Notes under the pieces: model-generated
What the model was told of the DNA's origin: nothing
What the model saw: only the letters and a program-made list of their open reading frames with translations
The model's database searches: none
Shown here: one piece after another, positions 24,055 to 36,600 of the stretch
Position numbering within the stretch: position 1 is the stretch's first letter
How the letters are laid out: the number at the start of each line of letters is the position of its first letter
Position numbers and translations under genes: made by a program
Source of the DNA: Elsinoe ampelina
Lineage: Eukaryota
Direction of reading: 5' to 3'
Assembly (NCBI GenBank): GCA_010093995.1
Contig: ML992504.1
Coordinates: 1,102,322 to 1,166,321, forward strand
DNA: 64,000 bases

Positions 24055-26320
24055 TCAAGGTGTAATAACTTTATAAATCTATAACCAATTAATGCCGGAG
24101 TAATAGCGGATTGTAGTTAAAGCTAAGCGCTTTTAATTGGTATAGAAATAAGAATAATTTATCATTACTAGAGGGAGTGCTAGTGAAACTTCTTAAAGCA
24201 CTAGTCTTAGAGATAGAGCAGTTTATTACACCTTAAGCACTCCTTACAAGTCTAGTGTACTTTCTCTTTTAAGCCTTAAGCTTTAAGCTAGCGGCAATAA
24301 TAGCAGTGTTAGAGAGTTAATACGTTAGTAACTTAATAGAGGTAAGGCTAAGTAAGGCGCTCTAGCGGTAGCTTAGTGTTCTTTGTTATATAACTATAGT
24401 AGCATAACTATTAATTGTTACTAGTAACTTACGCTCTAGCTCTTATTTATAACTATATAATATTTAGAGGCTACTTAGCCTCTATTAATCTAATGCCCTT
24501 ATCTAGTAAAGACTAAGCTAATTAATAGTAGAAGAGTCTATAGATAGTGCAGCAACTATACTCTAAACTATCTCTATAGATTTAAGCGCTAATCTAGAAG
24601 GCGTTAATAATAGAATACTCTAGTAGCTAGAAGAAGAGTAGTAGCTAATTTTGTAAGGCCTTTAGTTAAAGCAAATAAGTAGCTCTATATTAATTAGCAA
24701 TATTCACTAAGCCTATAAAATAGTTATAGCTAACTACTACTACTAGTAGCTAAAGTAACCTCTTAGCTACCTTACTCTATATCTTCTATATACGCTCTTT
24801 AAACTACTTATCTTAGTAGTAGACTATTAGCTAGTAGTAGATAGCTTCTAGTAGTTTATGTAGTTTATAAAGTGTAGTAAGAAATCGAACAAGGAGACAA
24901 TCTTACTAGAGAATAGAGTAAACTAACTCCTCTATCTAAAGGAGTAAAGTAGTTATTTAAGCGCTTATTTATAAAGATAAAATTGCACTTAATCGGCCCT
25001 ATTTAAGGCGTAACTTCTTCTTATCGATTTAACTATATACCTTCGGATAGAACTTAGAGGTTAGCCTTACTATACTAGTAGCGCTAACACCTAGTTATTA
25101 AAGTATAATAAAGAGTAGTATATTACTAAAGAGATTGTTATAGAATAGAGCAAACTAATAGGGTATCCTCGGCAATTAGTGTATAAGGTGAATTATAGCG
25201 TATAAAGTTTATAATAGTTCTATACTACTTACCTCTAGCGGCCTTATCGATAGTAGGCTATAATAAGACAATAATCTACTTATAAAGAGAAAGGCGTAGG
25301 TATATCTACGCTTATAAAGAGCAAGTATCTTATAGCCTTTAGTAATTAGCTTATTCTTTATTAGGTAAGTGTAGTACGATTAACTACTAAACTTTACTAT
25401 TAACTTATTAATTGTAACCTCTAAGGCTAGAGTAATATACTATTACTAGCGCTCTAAGAGATACTCCGCTAGCTTCTTTACCTTATTAAAGACGAATTAC
25501 CGCTATATTAAAGATAAAGGGAGAAGCTTGTTAGAGACGTAGAAGAAGCGCTTTAATTACTAGAAGCGCTAAAGTAAGAAATATTAAGTAATAAGATACT
25601 ATAGCCTCTAATTATTATAACTCTAATACTTAGTAATAAGCAACTGTCGGTATAGTCTAAAATAGATAATTTAAGCTAACTAGATTATTAGCTCTCTCTT
25701 TAATATCTTCTTTTAAGGTTATAGTCTCTTTACTATAGAAGTTAATTTACTAGCGCCTCTCGAAGAGGTATAGCTATTAGCACAATTAGTAAGGTACTTA
25801 AATAACTCGTCTATAAAGAACAACTAGAATAGGCAAATTAGCTAGTTACCCTTGTTAATCTTATCTAACTCTAGTAGTAGCTTAATTACTTAATCTTAAT
25901 AGTTAAGTTTTACTAGCTTAAAGAGAGAATTATTCCCTAGTAAATTGTTACTTATTACTAGCGCTAGTATAGGACTAGCCTCCTCCTTCTCTTCCTTCTC
26001 CTTCTCCTCCTTAACTACTAGCGCTAGTACCTTTATAGCTATAGGTGCTCTAGCTATCTTAGCCTCCTTATATGCTATAAAGTATATATTATCCTTAACA
26101 TTAGAACTAGTAAAGTCCTCTATTACTACACGCTAAAAAGAGACTCTAGCAACTACTAGAGGTAAATTATAAGAGCTAGAGGGAGGAGCTAGAGAGAGAG
26201 GTAATTATAAGAAGTAACTCTTATTAGCTATTAGCAAGCTATTACACCTTTATAAGAGCGATATTAGCTTATTATACTAAGTTCTTTAGCTTCATTTACG
26301 AGGTTCTACTAGTCACTATA
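24055..26320 (-). mobile_element. RIP-inactivated piggyBac-family DNA transposon
   Basis: Reversing RIP transitions on the minus strand gives VTIDESMVKFGGRS..KNKPITEGYKILALC (~25420-25320), FCDNLFSNVPLF..LGVGATGTVR (~25145-25065) and YNHFMGSVDIADQYRA..NWLPLFFWLLE.SIVNAF (24728-24597), i.e. all three DDD catalytic motifs. Extreme TpA excess. Confidence 0.85.
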
Positions 26321-26521
26321 GAATGCTGCAGATCCCTTCTTTTTTGGTGTTGATTACTAACAAATCGAAGGCGGCTGAGGCCGACGCTAAAAGTCACTGA
26401 AAATTTTCACCGCATTGGGGGATGGAAGCATTGGAGCATGCCCGAACAGCACACCCTCAAATGGCAGAGTGCAAATCGTATCTATTCATACAAGTGACGT
26501 GAAATTGACGCCACTGCTTAT

Positions 26522-28891
26522 CTAACACCATGTGAAAACAGGGTTCCTGCTTTTGACCGTCTCTAGCCTTTCTACAATGACCTTGCGCCGATTGTGTTCC
26601 TGATCCTCTGCCGCAGCATACCCGAGATCGCCTTCCAAGTCGTCTTGACCGTCTCCCAAGATCGTGCCGCGTCGTGAACCAATACCAAGTGAGAATCTAC
26701 GCCGTCTCTCTCCAAGCCCATCAAACAAACGCCGCGTGTCATCCATGCTAATTCTTGTCTTGGACCGCATATAGTCAGGTCGCTTGTTCCGCTCTTTGCT
26801 CGTATCGAAAGAGAATTCGTTGATGCTGCTTGGCGATAGTGGCCCGTCATCCACTTCGGTGCTTTGTCTGTGGTAACTGTTCTGCCTCGAGATGTTGAAA
26901 GGATTTGCTGGGATAGTCGGCAGATTGCTTGTCGAAAGACTGAGTAAATCTGGCTGTTTCGACGATTCAGATTCGAGAGCCGACGAAATGTCCATCTCTT
27001 CATGCTCGACAACATTCCGCTTTTTGATTGGCGTACTATACTTCTGCCGTATCTCGATGGAAGTAGGCCGCATCGGAGTAGCGACTGGTATTTCCACAAT
27101 GTCGTCCCACACGCAAACTCGTTGACGCCTGGTAAGCTCAAGCGGACCGTGGTCAGGCGTTTTCAGAGTCTCGACAACGTTCCAAGCTTGACCTTTCATG
27201 ACAGCAATCTGCCTAGCAAACATTTTCTCCGAGAAATCAGAATCCTTTTCGAAGCACCCGCGCAGAGCGATTTGAGTCTCACTCCACCACTGCTTGCAAG
27301 TAAGCAAAGGCAAGAAGTGCTGCTTTGTCGCCTCTGAGAACGGCCGACCGATTAGAGACACTGGTAGAAAGAGCCAACCGAAGGGGAAGCTGCGCCACTA
27401 TTTCTGATCAGCATAGTCTCAGCGACGCGAATATTCATATTATCTTACAGCATCAGGGTGCTTCCAGGGCCACGACAGACTATTGTCAATGGCCCCGATG
27501 TTGATAGTCCTTCTATCGCCTCTCCGTTTGCGTTCTGATGAGCCATCCATGGTCATACTCTCATGCCGCTGGTAGGGTTCTGCACTGCCATTCGCATTCC
27601 CATCAGCCTGACCTTGACTGCGAGATCTATCTCGTTTCGGTGGTTCCACAACAATGCTTGCTTCCTGCTTCTCCTCATCTATCTTACACATCCAATTATC
27701 CAGACCACGATCAGTGTTCCGCATGATATAGTCGAGGATGACCAGCTTCTCCAGCTGTTCGCGGAAGCTTTGCTGCAGGCCTTCAGACCAGAACACTTTT
27801 CGTCTCGATTCTTCTCTTGCATCTGGTCCATCCTCATCCGCATCATTGTCCGGATCAAGTCCAATGTTCGACTGGGAACGTGGTCGACAGTCCTCTGCCC
27901 ATCGCCGCTTTTTACGTTTCGTGGCCGAGTCACGTCTTGCATCGGCGCTGTTTTGATCCGGCCATGGATGCTCCTTCAAGAACATATTCGCATCCCTGTA
28001 GCCTTTCAGGAAAACCTGAAAGCTGCCAGGCTTCTCCGGCAGTGGCTTCTTACTCCGATGGAAGGCTCGTCTTTCCCAAAAGTCGTAGAAGAATGATTTT
28101 GATGACAGAGAGACGACGTCTGTGTATGGCACAATGTTCGTTCGTAGTCGACTGTCGAGAATGTATGCTGCTGCCTCTGAGACATAGCTCAAGTTTGGAA
28201 TGAGGCATGCCCTTCCAAATGCAAAGGGGAACAAATTCCTGTGTATCCATTTGGTCCACTTTGGATTCTTCGAAGCGTATGGTTCCTCATCTTTCGGTTT
28301 GAACACTCCAACCACTGTCCCATCAGGCGTTCGTGCAAAGTAGCTACCTGAGCTACCTTGGCTGATCAACTTTGGATGTACACCCCGATGTATAGCCACT
28401 CTGACCTTTTCCACAATGTCGTCAAACTCCAGCTTCGATATCCGCTCGTCGATCGGAGGTTCGGGATATGCTGACAATGCATCCTCTGTAGCAGGTCGTA
28501 TCCAGTCAGGGGCTTGGAATACAGAATGGTGTATCTCGAGATGCTCCTCCTCGGTCGTCTTCCCTGCAGTCTTCCGAATCTTGAATTTGCCGGCAATCTC
28601 TTCTGCCCACCTTTCTAACCTTGCATTGATAGCTTTGATATCCACTCCTGAGTTGGTCCTAGGTCGCCTTCGGTGCAAAGGGGATCTTGGAGAATTCGGG
28701 GTATAGTTCCCGAATGCCTGCATTCGATCTCGGCGACCTGGTTGAATTGGTGCATATTGTCCTCCTGGAGTCGAGAGCACATTCTGTTGAGCCTGAACAT
28801 ACTCCTCGTCCGAATCGACATACTGGTTATCCTCCTCTTCCTCTTCTGCCTGTGCAAGCCGGGCGTACCCGGACTTTGCAGGCCTAGGCAT
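26522..28891 (-). CDS. LSB6: Type II phosphatidylinositol 4-kinase; intron 27398-27448
   Basis: [79 protein letters not shown] and C-terminal PVFTWC. Confidence 0.93.
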
Positions 28892-29964
28892 GTGAATCAA
28901 GGTGAATATCTAGACCTCTGCCATCCTCTGGTACGGACAACGGCCGAATAGGCAAGCTTCTATCGTACGCAATGGAATTTGACCTATCGATGTTGTGTTG
29001 ATATGATTTGAAGGCGTCCGTTGCCGGTAAGTGAACGGCTAGCTCCGCAAACGATCTCTGGATCTCGATTCGTGGGCAGCCGGGCAGCTTATACGAGAGA
29101 GTGTTATTTAGCTACTGGTAGTTCTGATGTCGTTCCTGTATAGTCCTGGAAATCGGTATCGACTGCGGTGTCTGCAAGTTGTCACGTGTATTAGCAAACT
29201 CTCAGACGCTCGCGAAGCCCTGAATATCATCAAGGATTCGTCTCCGGATCTTCAGCAAGCTTGCCGGCACGGACGCTAGCGGGCCGTCCCCGCAGAACCG
29301 AGATGGCATGTCAAACCGCTGCTCTTTTTTCGCGTCTCCAATGTCCCTCACTAAACTGAGCTCTAATGCGTTGTTCGTTATGGTCAATATGGAAAGATCT
29401 TCTCACACAGTAGATCCTGCGATATCATGTGCTAATAGTGTCAAGTATAGTCCGAGATATCACACGAGACGTGCCTCTTTTGACTCTGACCACTCGACTA
29501 CCTTCACCTGGATCGAGATGAACACCAATTGGCGGAAATGAAGCATTCTACGAGTCCGTAACGTCTAACAGGTCAGCACTACAAACTTCACTTGGCCATC
29601 GGCTAAATGAACGCACCACGACGTGGCTCTCATGAACGGTAATGATAGCACTCTCTACCCGTCGAACATTTTCTTCATCTAATCATCACCCCTTACCGGT
29701 CAGATCCACGTCCCCAGTCGTTTATGTACCACGCCGCATCCCACCATGTCTTGGATGAATTACTAACAGCCCCTCTGCATGCCACGACTTTAATACAGTT
29801 CTGCTTATAATCTTGTTTTGCTTACATTGCATTCCACACACACTCGTTAATCATTGACCCTTAGTCGCTCTTTACATTTCTTACGATCACTATCATTATT
29901 ATATCGCAGTAATCAACGACCACGACTTCACGACACCTAATAGTAATATCTGCCAATCTTTCCA

Positions 29965-31418
29965 ATGCTTGGACGACCTGCTGCTTTCGACAACATCAAG
30001 CCTCTCAATGGCTGGTCAATGCAGCATGCTGGACAGCTGACGCCTCCAATCTACCTCGAAGACAGACCATTCCACCTTTCGCCATTGCCCGGCTATGACA
30101 TTTCACGACCAACTTCTGCGGCATCTGCCATCTCTAGCGATATCCAACCTTACGTACCTCAGAGAATACCCAGCGGACCACTCGTCCAACTTCCAGCTTT
30201 ATCGACGCTGGCATCTCTTGCCGCGGCCAGTGTACCAGTACACGCTAGGTAAGTCAAATTCGAAAAAGGTTGTTGGGCATGAGCTTGCTTGTCCATTACA
30301 CGATTGCCCATCTGGGTCACCGTACTGCCAAGACCTGCAATCACTCACGCCAACCTCAACTTATCGCAGGACTAATTTATTCTTTTCGACAGACATCCTC
30401 ATGTTCCAACAATGAATTTTGCCACCGCCGCTCCGGCTACGGCTGGAGGTAATCAGAATGGTCCAGTATGTCTATACCTCGCTGTCGTTCAGCATCTCAC
30501 CTCCGAAGCTCCGCAAGCTTATCGTTATCGTTATCGATAATGGCGATAAGCCCCAGAGCTGCCGTCCGCTCTCACAACAATGCTAACAGCTAACAGCCGG
30601 TCTGTCAAAACTGCGGAACTTCAACAACACCCCTCTGGCGTCGCGATGAAGCCGGCAGTGTGCTCTGCAATGCTTGTGGCCTCTTCCTCAAGCTTCATGG
30701 CCGCCCAAGACCTATCAGCCTCAAGACCGACGTTATCAAGAGCCGAAACCGGGTGAAGACCTCATCTGGTCCAAAGAAGAAGGTGATTATGGATACTGCT
30801 TGCGACTTCAGGACAAGTACTGATAGGTGTCAGCCCTCAATTGAGAACGGACCTGGTCTGCCCGCTTCGTACCCTATCGATTCCACTGGACGTCGCGTTG
30901 TGTCTGGCAGCACTGATCGTTCTGCCTCTCCACCCAATGTTGGCGAACCAATTGGTCTTGGAACGAACATTGCACCTCAGCACATCTTCGACCATGTCAG
31001 CCTCGCCGAGTCCGCCTTCAATTCGCCTGCGCTGCCTGGCTTCAACCTTCGCCAACCTTCTCCGTCCATGTCCATGAATGGCAACCTCGATGGTGCCAAT
31101 GGTGCCTATACGGATCTGACCGGCGGCGGTGCTCACCTCAAAACCCGTGTTTCCGAACTGGAAGTGATCAATGACCTGTTCCGTGGAAGAGTGGCAGAGC
31201 TGGAGTCCTCGGAGCAGGAAGCCAGAAGAGCAGAAAGTATGGCACGCGAGGAGACAGCAAGGATGAAGCGTGATCTCGACGCGGCATTGGCTCGCGAGGA
31301 AGGCCTGAAGAGAAGGATTCAAGAGCTGGAAGTTGAGGCACACATGAACGGTGAAGGCTCTCGCAAGCGCACTCGTCGAAGCGACGCATCCGAGCTCAGC
31401 GATGCCCCACAAGAGTAA
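29965..31418 (+). CDS. areB: AreB/Asd4-type GATA zinc-finger factor with C-terminal leucine zipper; introns 30249-30392, 30466-30596 and 30783-30833
   Basis: [50 protein letters not shown] and the zipper [23 protein letters not shown]. The N-terminal exons are less certain. Confidence 0.88.
30518..30550. promoter_or_regulatory. Cluster of five GATA sites within areB intron 2
   Basis: CTTATCGTTATCGTTATCGATAATGGCGATAAG. Confidence 0.5.
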
Positions 31419-31689
31419 AGGACTGGATATGAAAAGATACTGCGCAGATGCAGGCTATGCTATTAGGCGTCAAGAAGCGCACGGTTTACGATTACTACAT
31501 ATAATTACGCTATATCCTCATTGCTGGACTAGCCCACGATAGAATTTTAATAGACTTCGCCGACGAACGTGGCATGTTCAGATACCGGCCAAATACTTTG
31601 CTCCATATGCAGCTGCGCCATGATTCTGTGTCCTCGCTATGCAAGCTCCGACCAGATAGTATACAAACATGTTCCCTCTCAAGTCTCCT

Positions 31690-33068
31690 CTACACCCTCA
31701 ACCCCAACACCTGCGCCAGCCCCTGCGTCACCCTCGTCTGCACCAACCCCACCAACCTCCCCAACGAGCTCCCCTGCCCACCCCTCCCCAGCCAAACAGA
31801 CATCAACCCCACCAGCACCGCCAACGCCACCGCCCCCGCCGGCCTCCGATACACATACGCCGTCCTCCTCAACTTCCTAATCGCCTCCTTCCGCCTCTCC
31901 ACCCTCTCAATCTCCCTCGCATGACACGCCAACCACGCCTCCCCCTCACCCAACGTCTGCCTCCTGGTCACCTCCACCGACTGCGCCGTCTTCAACACCG
32001 AAAACGTACTAATCCCCCTCCAAACACGCCCAGGCAGTTTCTCGGGGGGAAACATCTCCCTCAACCCTTCCGTACGACGGATCAACGCCTCCAGATCCAG
32101 GGGATTGGGCAGCTTACTCAGCGTCATGTACAGCACATCCGGGTCGTCGGGGTCCAACTCGAGGAGTTCGTCCCGACGAAGCGTCACGATGGCCGCGAAC
32201 ATGTAGATCAGCTGCAACGAGGGTTGCGCGAGGAGGTAGTCGAAGAGGCGCGCGATGGTGGTGTAGTCGTCGATGTCGTGGGCGAACATGGTGAGGACGG
32301 CGGCGAGGGCGAAGAATGGCTGGCAGGCGGCGATGTGTTTGCATATCACGGGGTCGGAGGTGTGGAGGAGGGGGATGAGGAGGGTGAGTTGGTTGTTGGT
32401 GCCGTTGAGGGTGGGGAGGAGGAAGTCTCGGATTTTGAGAAGGGAGAGGCGCGGGAGGGCGGTCTGGGCGGAGGGTAGGCCGAGGACGAGGAGGAGGACT
32501 TGGGCGATGTCGTGGTAGCCTTGGAAGTAGGAGAGGGTGGGGTGGAGGCGCAGGGTGGAGATTATGAGGGTGGTCAGGGCGGTGCGGCGGGTTGCGAGGA
32601 TGGACTCGGGCTCGTTGCGCGGGTAGTAGACAAATGCTCGGTTGACGTCGAGGGCGACTTGGGATTCTTCTTTGTGTGGTGGGAGGGATTTCCAGTCGTC
32701 GCTGAGTACAGGGACGGTATCTGAGCCGAGCAAGATGGGCCCTGGGGAGTGAGTGGAGGTGGAGAATTGAGGAGGGGGACAAGCTTACACACTTGTCGTC
32801 TGATTTCATCCTCGATGAATCCGCCTGACGTTGCAGAGAGATCGGCTAGAGTCTGAAGGTCTCGTTCGCCACATGCTTTGATGATTTGGGCGACTTTTGC
32901 TCGTTCTTTCTCCGTAAGAGGCTCCGCCCTCCATGAGTCCGAAAGTGGTTGACTGCTGTCACTCTTCTTGGACGCTCCTAGATCACTAGTGGAGATGCTA
33001 GCGTTAAGATCGTGTGACGGATCGACAGAATGACTATTCGATTTGCCACGAGCCTGTCGGCTGCCCAT
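31690..33068 (-). CDS. GYP8: TBC-domain Rab GTPase-activating protein (Gyp8/TBC1D20-like); intron 32742-32788
   Basis: IRRQVWPILLG, EESQVALDVNRAF, LSYFQGYHDIAQV and LTMFAHDI, with a C-terminal TM segment. Confidence 0.88.
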
Positions 33069-33693
33069 GGCTGCGCTTTTGTTTGAGTTTCAAGAGTCAA
33101 CAACGCTATCTTCTTGATAGACACATGACTCTGACACGGTTGATCTATCCCCTCAAGTCTTTGCTATGAGCGACTGGACTGAGTAGCGAGCAGTCAGTAG
33201 TGGGCGGCGAGATGCAAAACGTCGAGAGATGCAAGTTCCAAGCAATGGAGACAGCGACCTGCGCTGATGTCCTTGACATGTGGTTGAAACAGCCAATCAG
33301 ATTCTCCCTCTTGACGATTCGTCTCGGGCTTCCACACCACGACTTCGTGGGGCGAATTTGCTTTGGGCCATCAGCAGCATCAGCAGCTTCATCCTCATAT
33401 TACCAAGAGTTCTTCAATTCCAACGCAGACACTTGACCAGGGAGAAACAGCGAGGGCTCACAAAAATTTTGAGGAGAACATCGAGCCTTATTCGGGCGCC
33501 TTTAACACCCAATTTGATATTGTCTGGCATTTTGCACATTCGACTGGATTGGAAGGCATTCTCATGGACAAACGCCAGCGATTCTACTCAACCAATATCA
33601 CTCGCCGTGCATAGCAGAGCGTCAAAGCTTCAGGAAGCCTACCCTAGCATGAGATGAGTATGGAGCGGCTTCATTGGCACAAGCAACTCAGAC

Positions 33694-36600
33694 ATGGCCT
33701 CTTCAACGCCAACTGTCGGAGTCCTCACAAGGACACTGACTCCCAGTCCGGCACCAAGCAGAATCCTGGCTTTGAAGACAGGTCATGCCGGAGACCATGA
33801 CTCTCACGACACATTGATATGGATTCACGACCATGCATTCGACATTTGCATTATTGAACCAGGCGGCTTTGTTCGTCGAGAAGGAAGGGAAGAGCCTGCT
33901 GGCAGGATCCTTGCGGCAGAAATCATGGTCGCCCCCCAACCATCTTTAGAGGTATCTCGCGACGATATCAAAGAAGTCTTCGGTCGAAGTATGCTAGTGA
34001 TGACCCTGGACACTGGCTGTCTGGTCATGTATGGATTCATAAAGCACGGATCACGTGTTCGGGCAGAGATCATTTGCCACGAACCTATTATTCGAAGGAC
34101 CAATCCTCTTGAGAGAATAGGCACGCTGCTTGTAATCGATCCGAGCAGTAGATTTGTGGCTGCATCAAGTCCCGAAGGGGAACTCATGTTGTGGAGAACC
34201 ACACGACCTCAAGCAGACCATCACAGCGGAACACCTGAGGAGACCGATACACCCAGTTGTAGTCTCAAAAGTATTGGGCCAGTCATAAGACCAGACGGCC
34301 ATGTCGTCCATATGGCGTTCACGCCTCCCGCCACACAAGGCGGGACAGGTAGCGACCTACTGCTGATCCTGACCATGAAGTCCAAAGTCTACCTTCGACA
34401 GATACGCTTAGGACCTTCCTTCTCAGACGTTGAGATGTCCGAGCCGCGGAGAATACATACGAGTGGACGACTGCCTGATTTGATGGTACCAGTAGATGTG
34501 CATGGCCACGTCATCCTTGCCTTCGGCACCGTATTGGTCCTCTACGATGTTTCCAATCCTTCAGGAGAGATCATCGAGCGGAAGCTGACACTTCCGGATA
34601 ATGTACAAGCATCCGAAATGGTATACACAGGGTGGACAAAGGACGACAAAGCTTTCCGACAGAACAATCTAATCATCTACTATCTCAGCAGTAGCGACGG
34701 ATCGGTTGCAATGCTCTCTCTGGACCTAGCTTCTTCGAAAGAGACTGGTCGCTGCGACATCGTCCTCTCCAGCATATCGCATGTGCCTCACCGGCTTGAT
34801 TGTGGTATTTGTGCTTTCACTGAACCAGCTCATGGCGATCCTGCGCTTGCTCTACCTGGAAGTCTTGCCGACGGAGGCTATTATAGCATCCAGATACTGG
34901 TAGATACAGAAAGCTCGGATGGACGCCAACACTCTACGTTGATACTGGAAAGATATCAAGTTCTGTCGAATTGGACTCCCAATGTAGACATCGTCTCGTC
35001 CGCGTTGCCACGATCTCATGACTCCAGTCCGCGAGTAGGTGAGAGCTTATTTGTCACATCCGGCATGCACGATAATGGAAGGCTGGTAGAGCTGCGTCCA
35101 GGGGTGGAATGTAACATGCTGTTCTCTCTGGATTTCGAGACGAGCACGAACGTTCGAGATCTATGGATCGTCAGACCAGCGGACCACGACGGGTTATCCG
35201 CATTCCTGGTGTCAGATGCAACACCTACCGATCAGGTACACACTACTGCTCTGGTCCATGACAGCGGTGAACTCTACAGTATCGATAACATCAATGATGC
35301 CAGCTCTGGTTTTGTAGATATATCACAACCTACCATCCACATGTCTAACTGGGCTACCACTCGTGGAACGTTACACGTTACCACCAGAGCAGTCTTTGCC
35401 TTCAAAGGAGTCACAAAAAGGGAACTGTTCGCATGTCCCAGCGACGACGTGATCCGGAAAGCAGAGGTTATATATTCCGGCTCGTCTGCCTTCCTGGCTA
35501 TACTCACCACTGCTCTGATGGCAGCACAGCCTGTTTACCAAGTTCATTTCCTTACTGTCTCGGAGGACCTTACAGTAGACATAGCTACGCATGAGTTACA
35601 TGATCTGCCTCCTGCCGCCATAACCGTTGGCCAGTCCGGAAACACCTTTTTCCTCCTAGTGGTCTCGGACGACGGAGAGATACGATGGATGTCTCGTGAT
35701 AACCTGCAAACGCTGGCAACTTATCAATTGGAGTCACCGGCTGTGTGTGAGAAGGTGAGCGTGCTGAATGCAGAAGGCAATGATCAGGCTTTCCTTGTCT
35801 GCGCCATGAGGGACGGTAGTCTATCCATACTATCTCTCGGGTACAAAGAGGAAGGTCCGACGATTGAAGCACATCAGACCATATCGCTTGGACTCACACC
35901 AGTCAATATCATCTCCTACAAATCCAGTCGCAACACTCCTGCTAACGCTGTAATTGCTCTCTGCGGCTCACGAGTGTATCTCGTCAAGCATGACGAACAT
36001 CACCCGCGACGGCGATTCTCCGCCAGTCCAGTATGGATAACGGACAAGGATGAACCTGACTTCCAGCTGAAAGGAGTATCGGCCATATCACAGGTCGATC
36101 AGAATCTTCTTCTGGATGACACGAATGTCAATGGCTGTTTGGCCATCTTGACTGGTTCAACGCTTGTGATTGCCTCGTTGAACGAGGCAAGTGGGATGGC
36201 AATACCGAGATCACTCGATACTAGATCCTCGCCCACCCGACTACTATACTCACGGAGACTCGGACACTTTGCGCTGGGCGGAAACAGCAAGAATACCCAC
36301 ACTGGCGAATCTGAAGCATCGATCGAGTTTACGCGGTCTAATCGAAAGTCAGTCATTAAGACAGAGGATGGGAAGCAAGATACTTGCTCCACATTGCAAA
36401 TTTCTGGAGAAAGATTCTACTGCATGACCGAGTGGGTACATGAAAGTAAAGACGGGAAGAAATTTGCCTTCCTCCTCGTAGGGACAGGGGTTGAGGGCAG
36501 GGATAGCGACACCAATGCCCCCAAGACCGGCGGACGAGTCCATCTGCTACAGCCCAAACTCTCCCACAGCAGAATCTCAGCCATCAACACCGTCACCTCC

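Noticed and set aside
25945..26136. 63-aa ORF in the AT-rich block
   Set aside because: Antisense by-product of the RIP-mutated piggyBac sequence.
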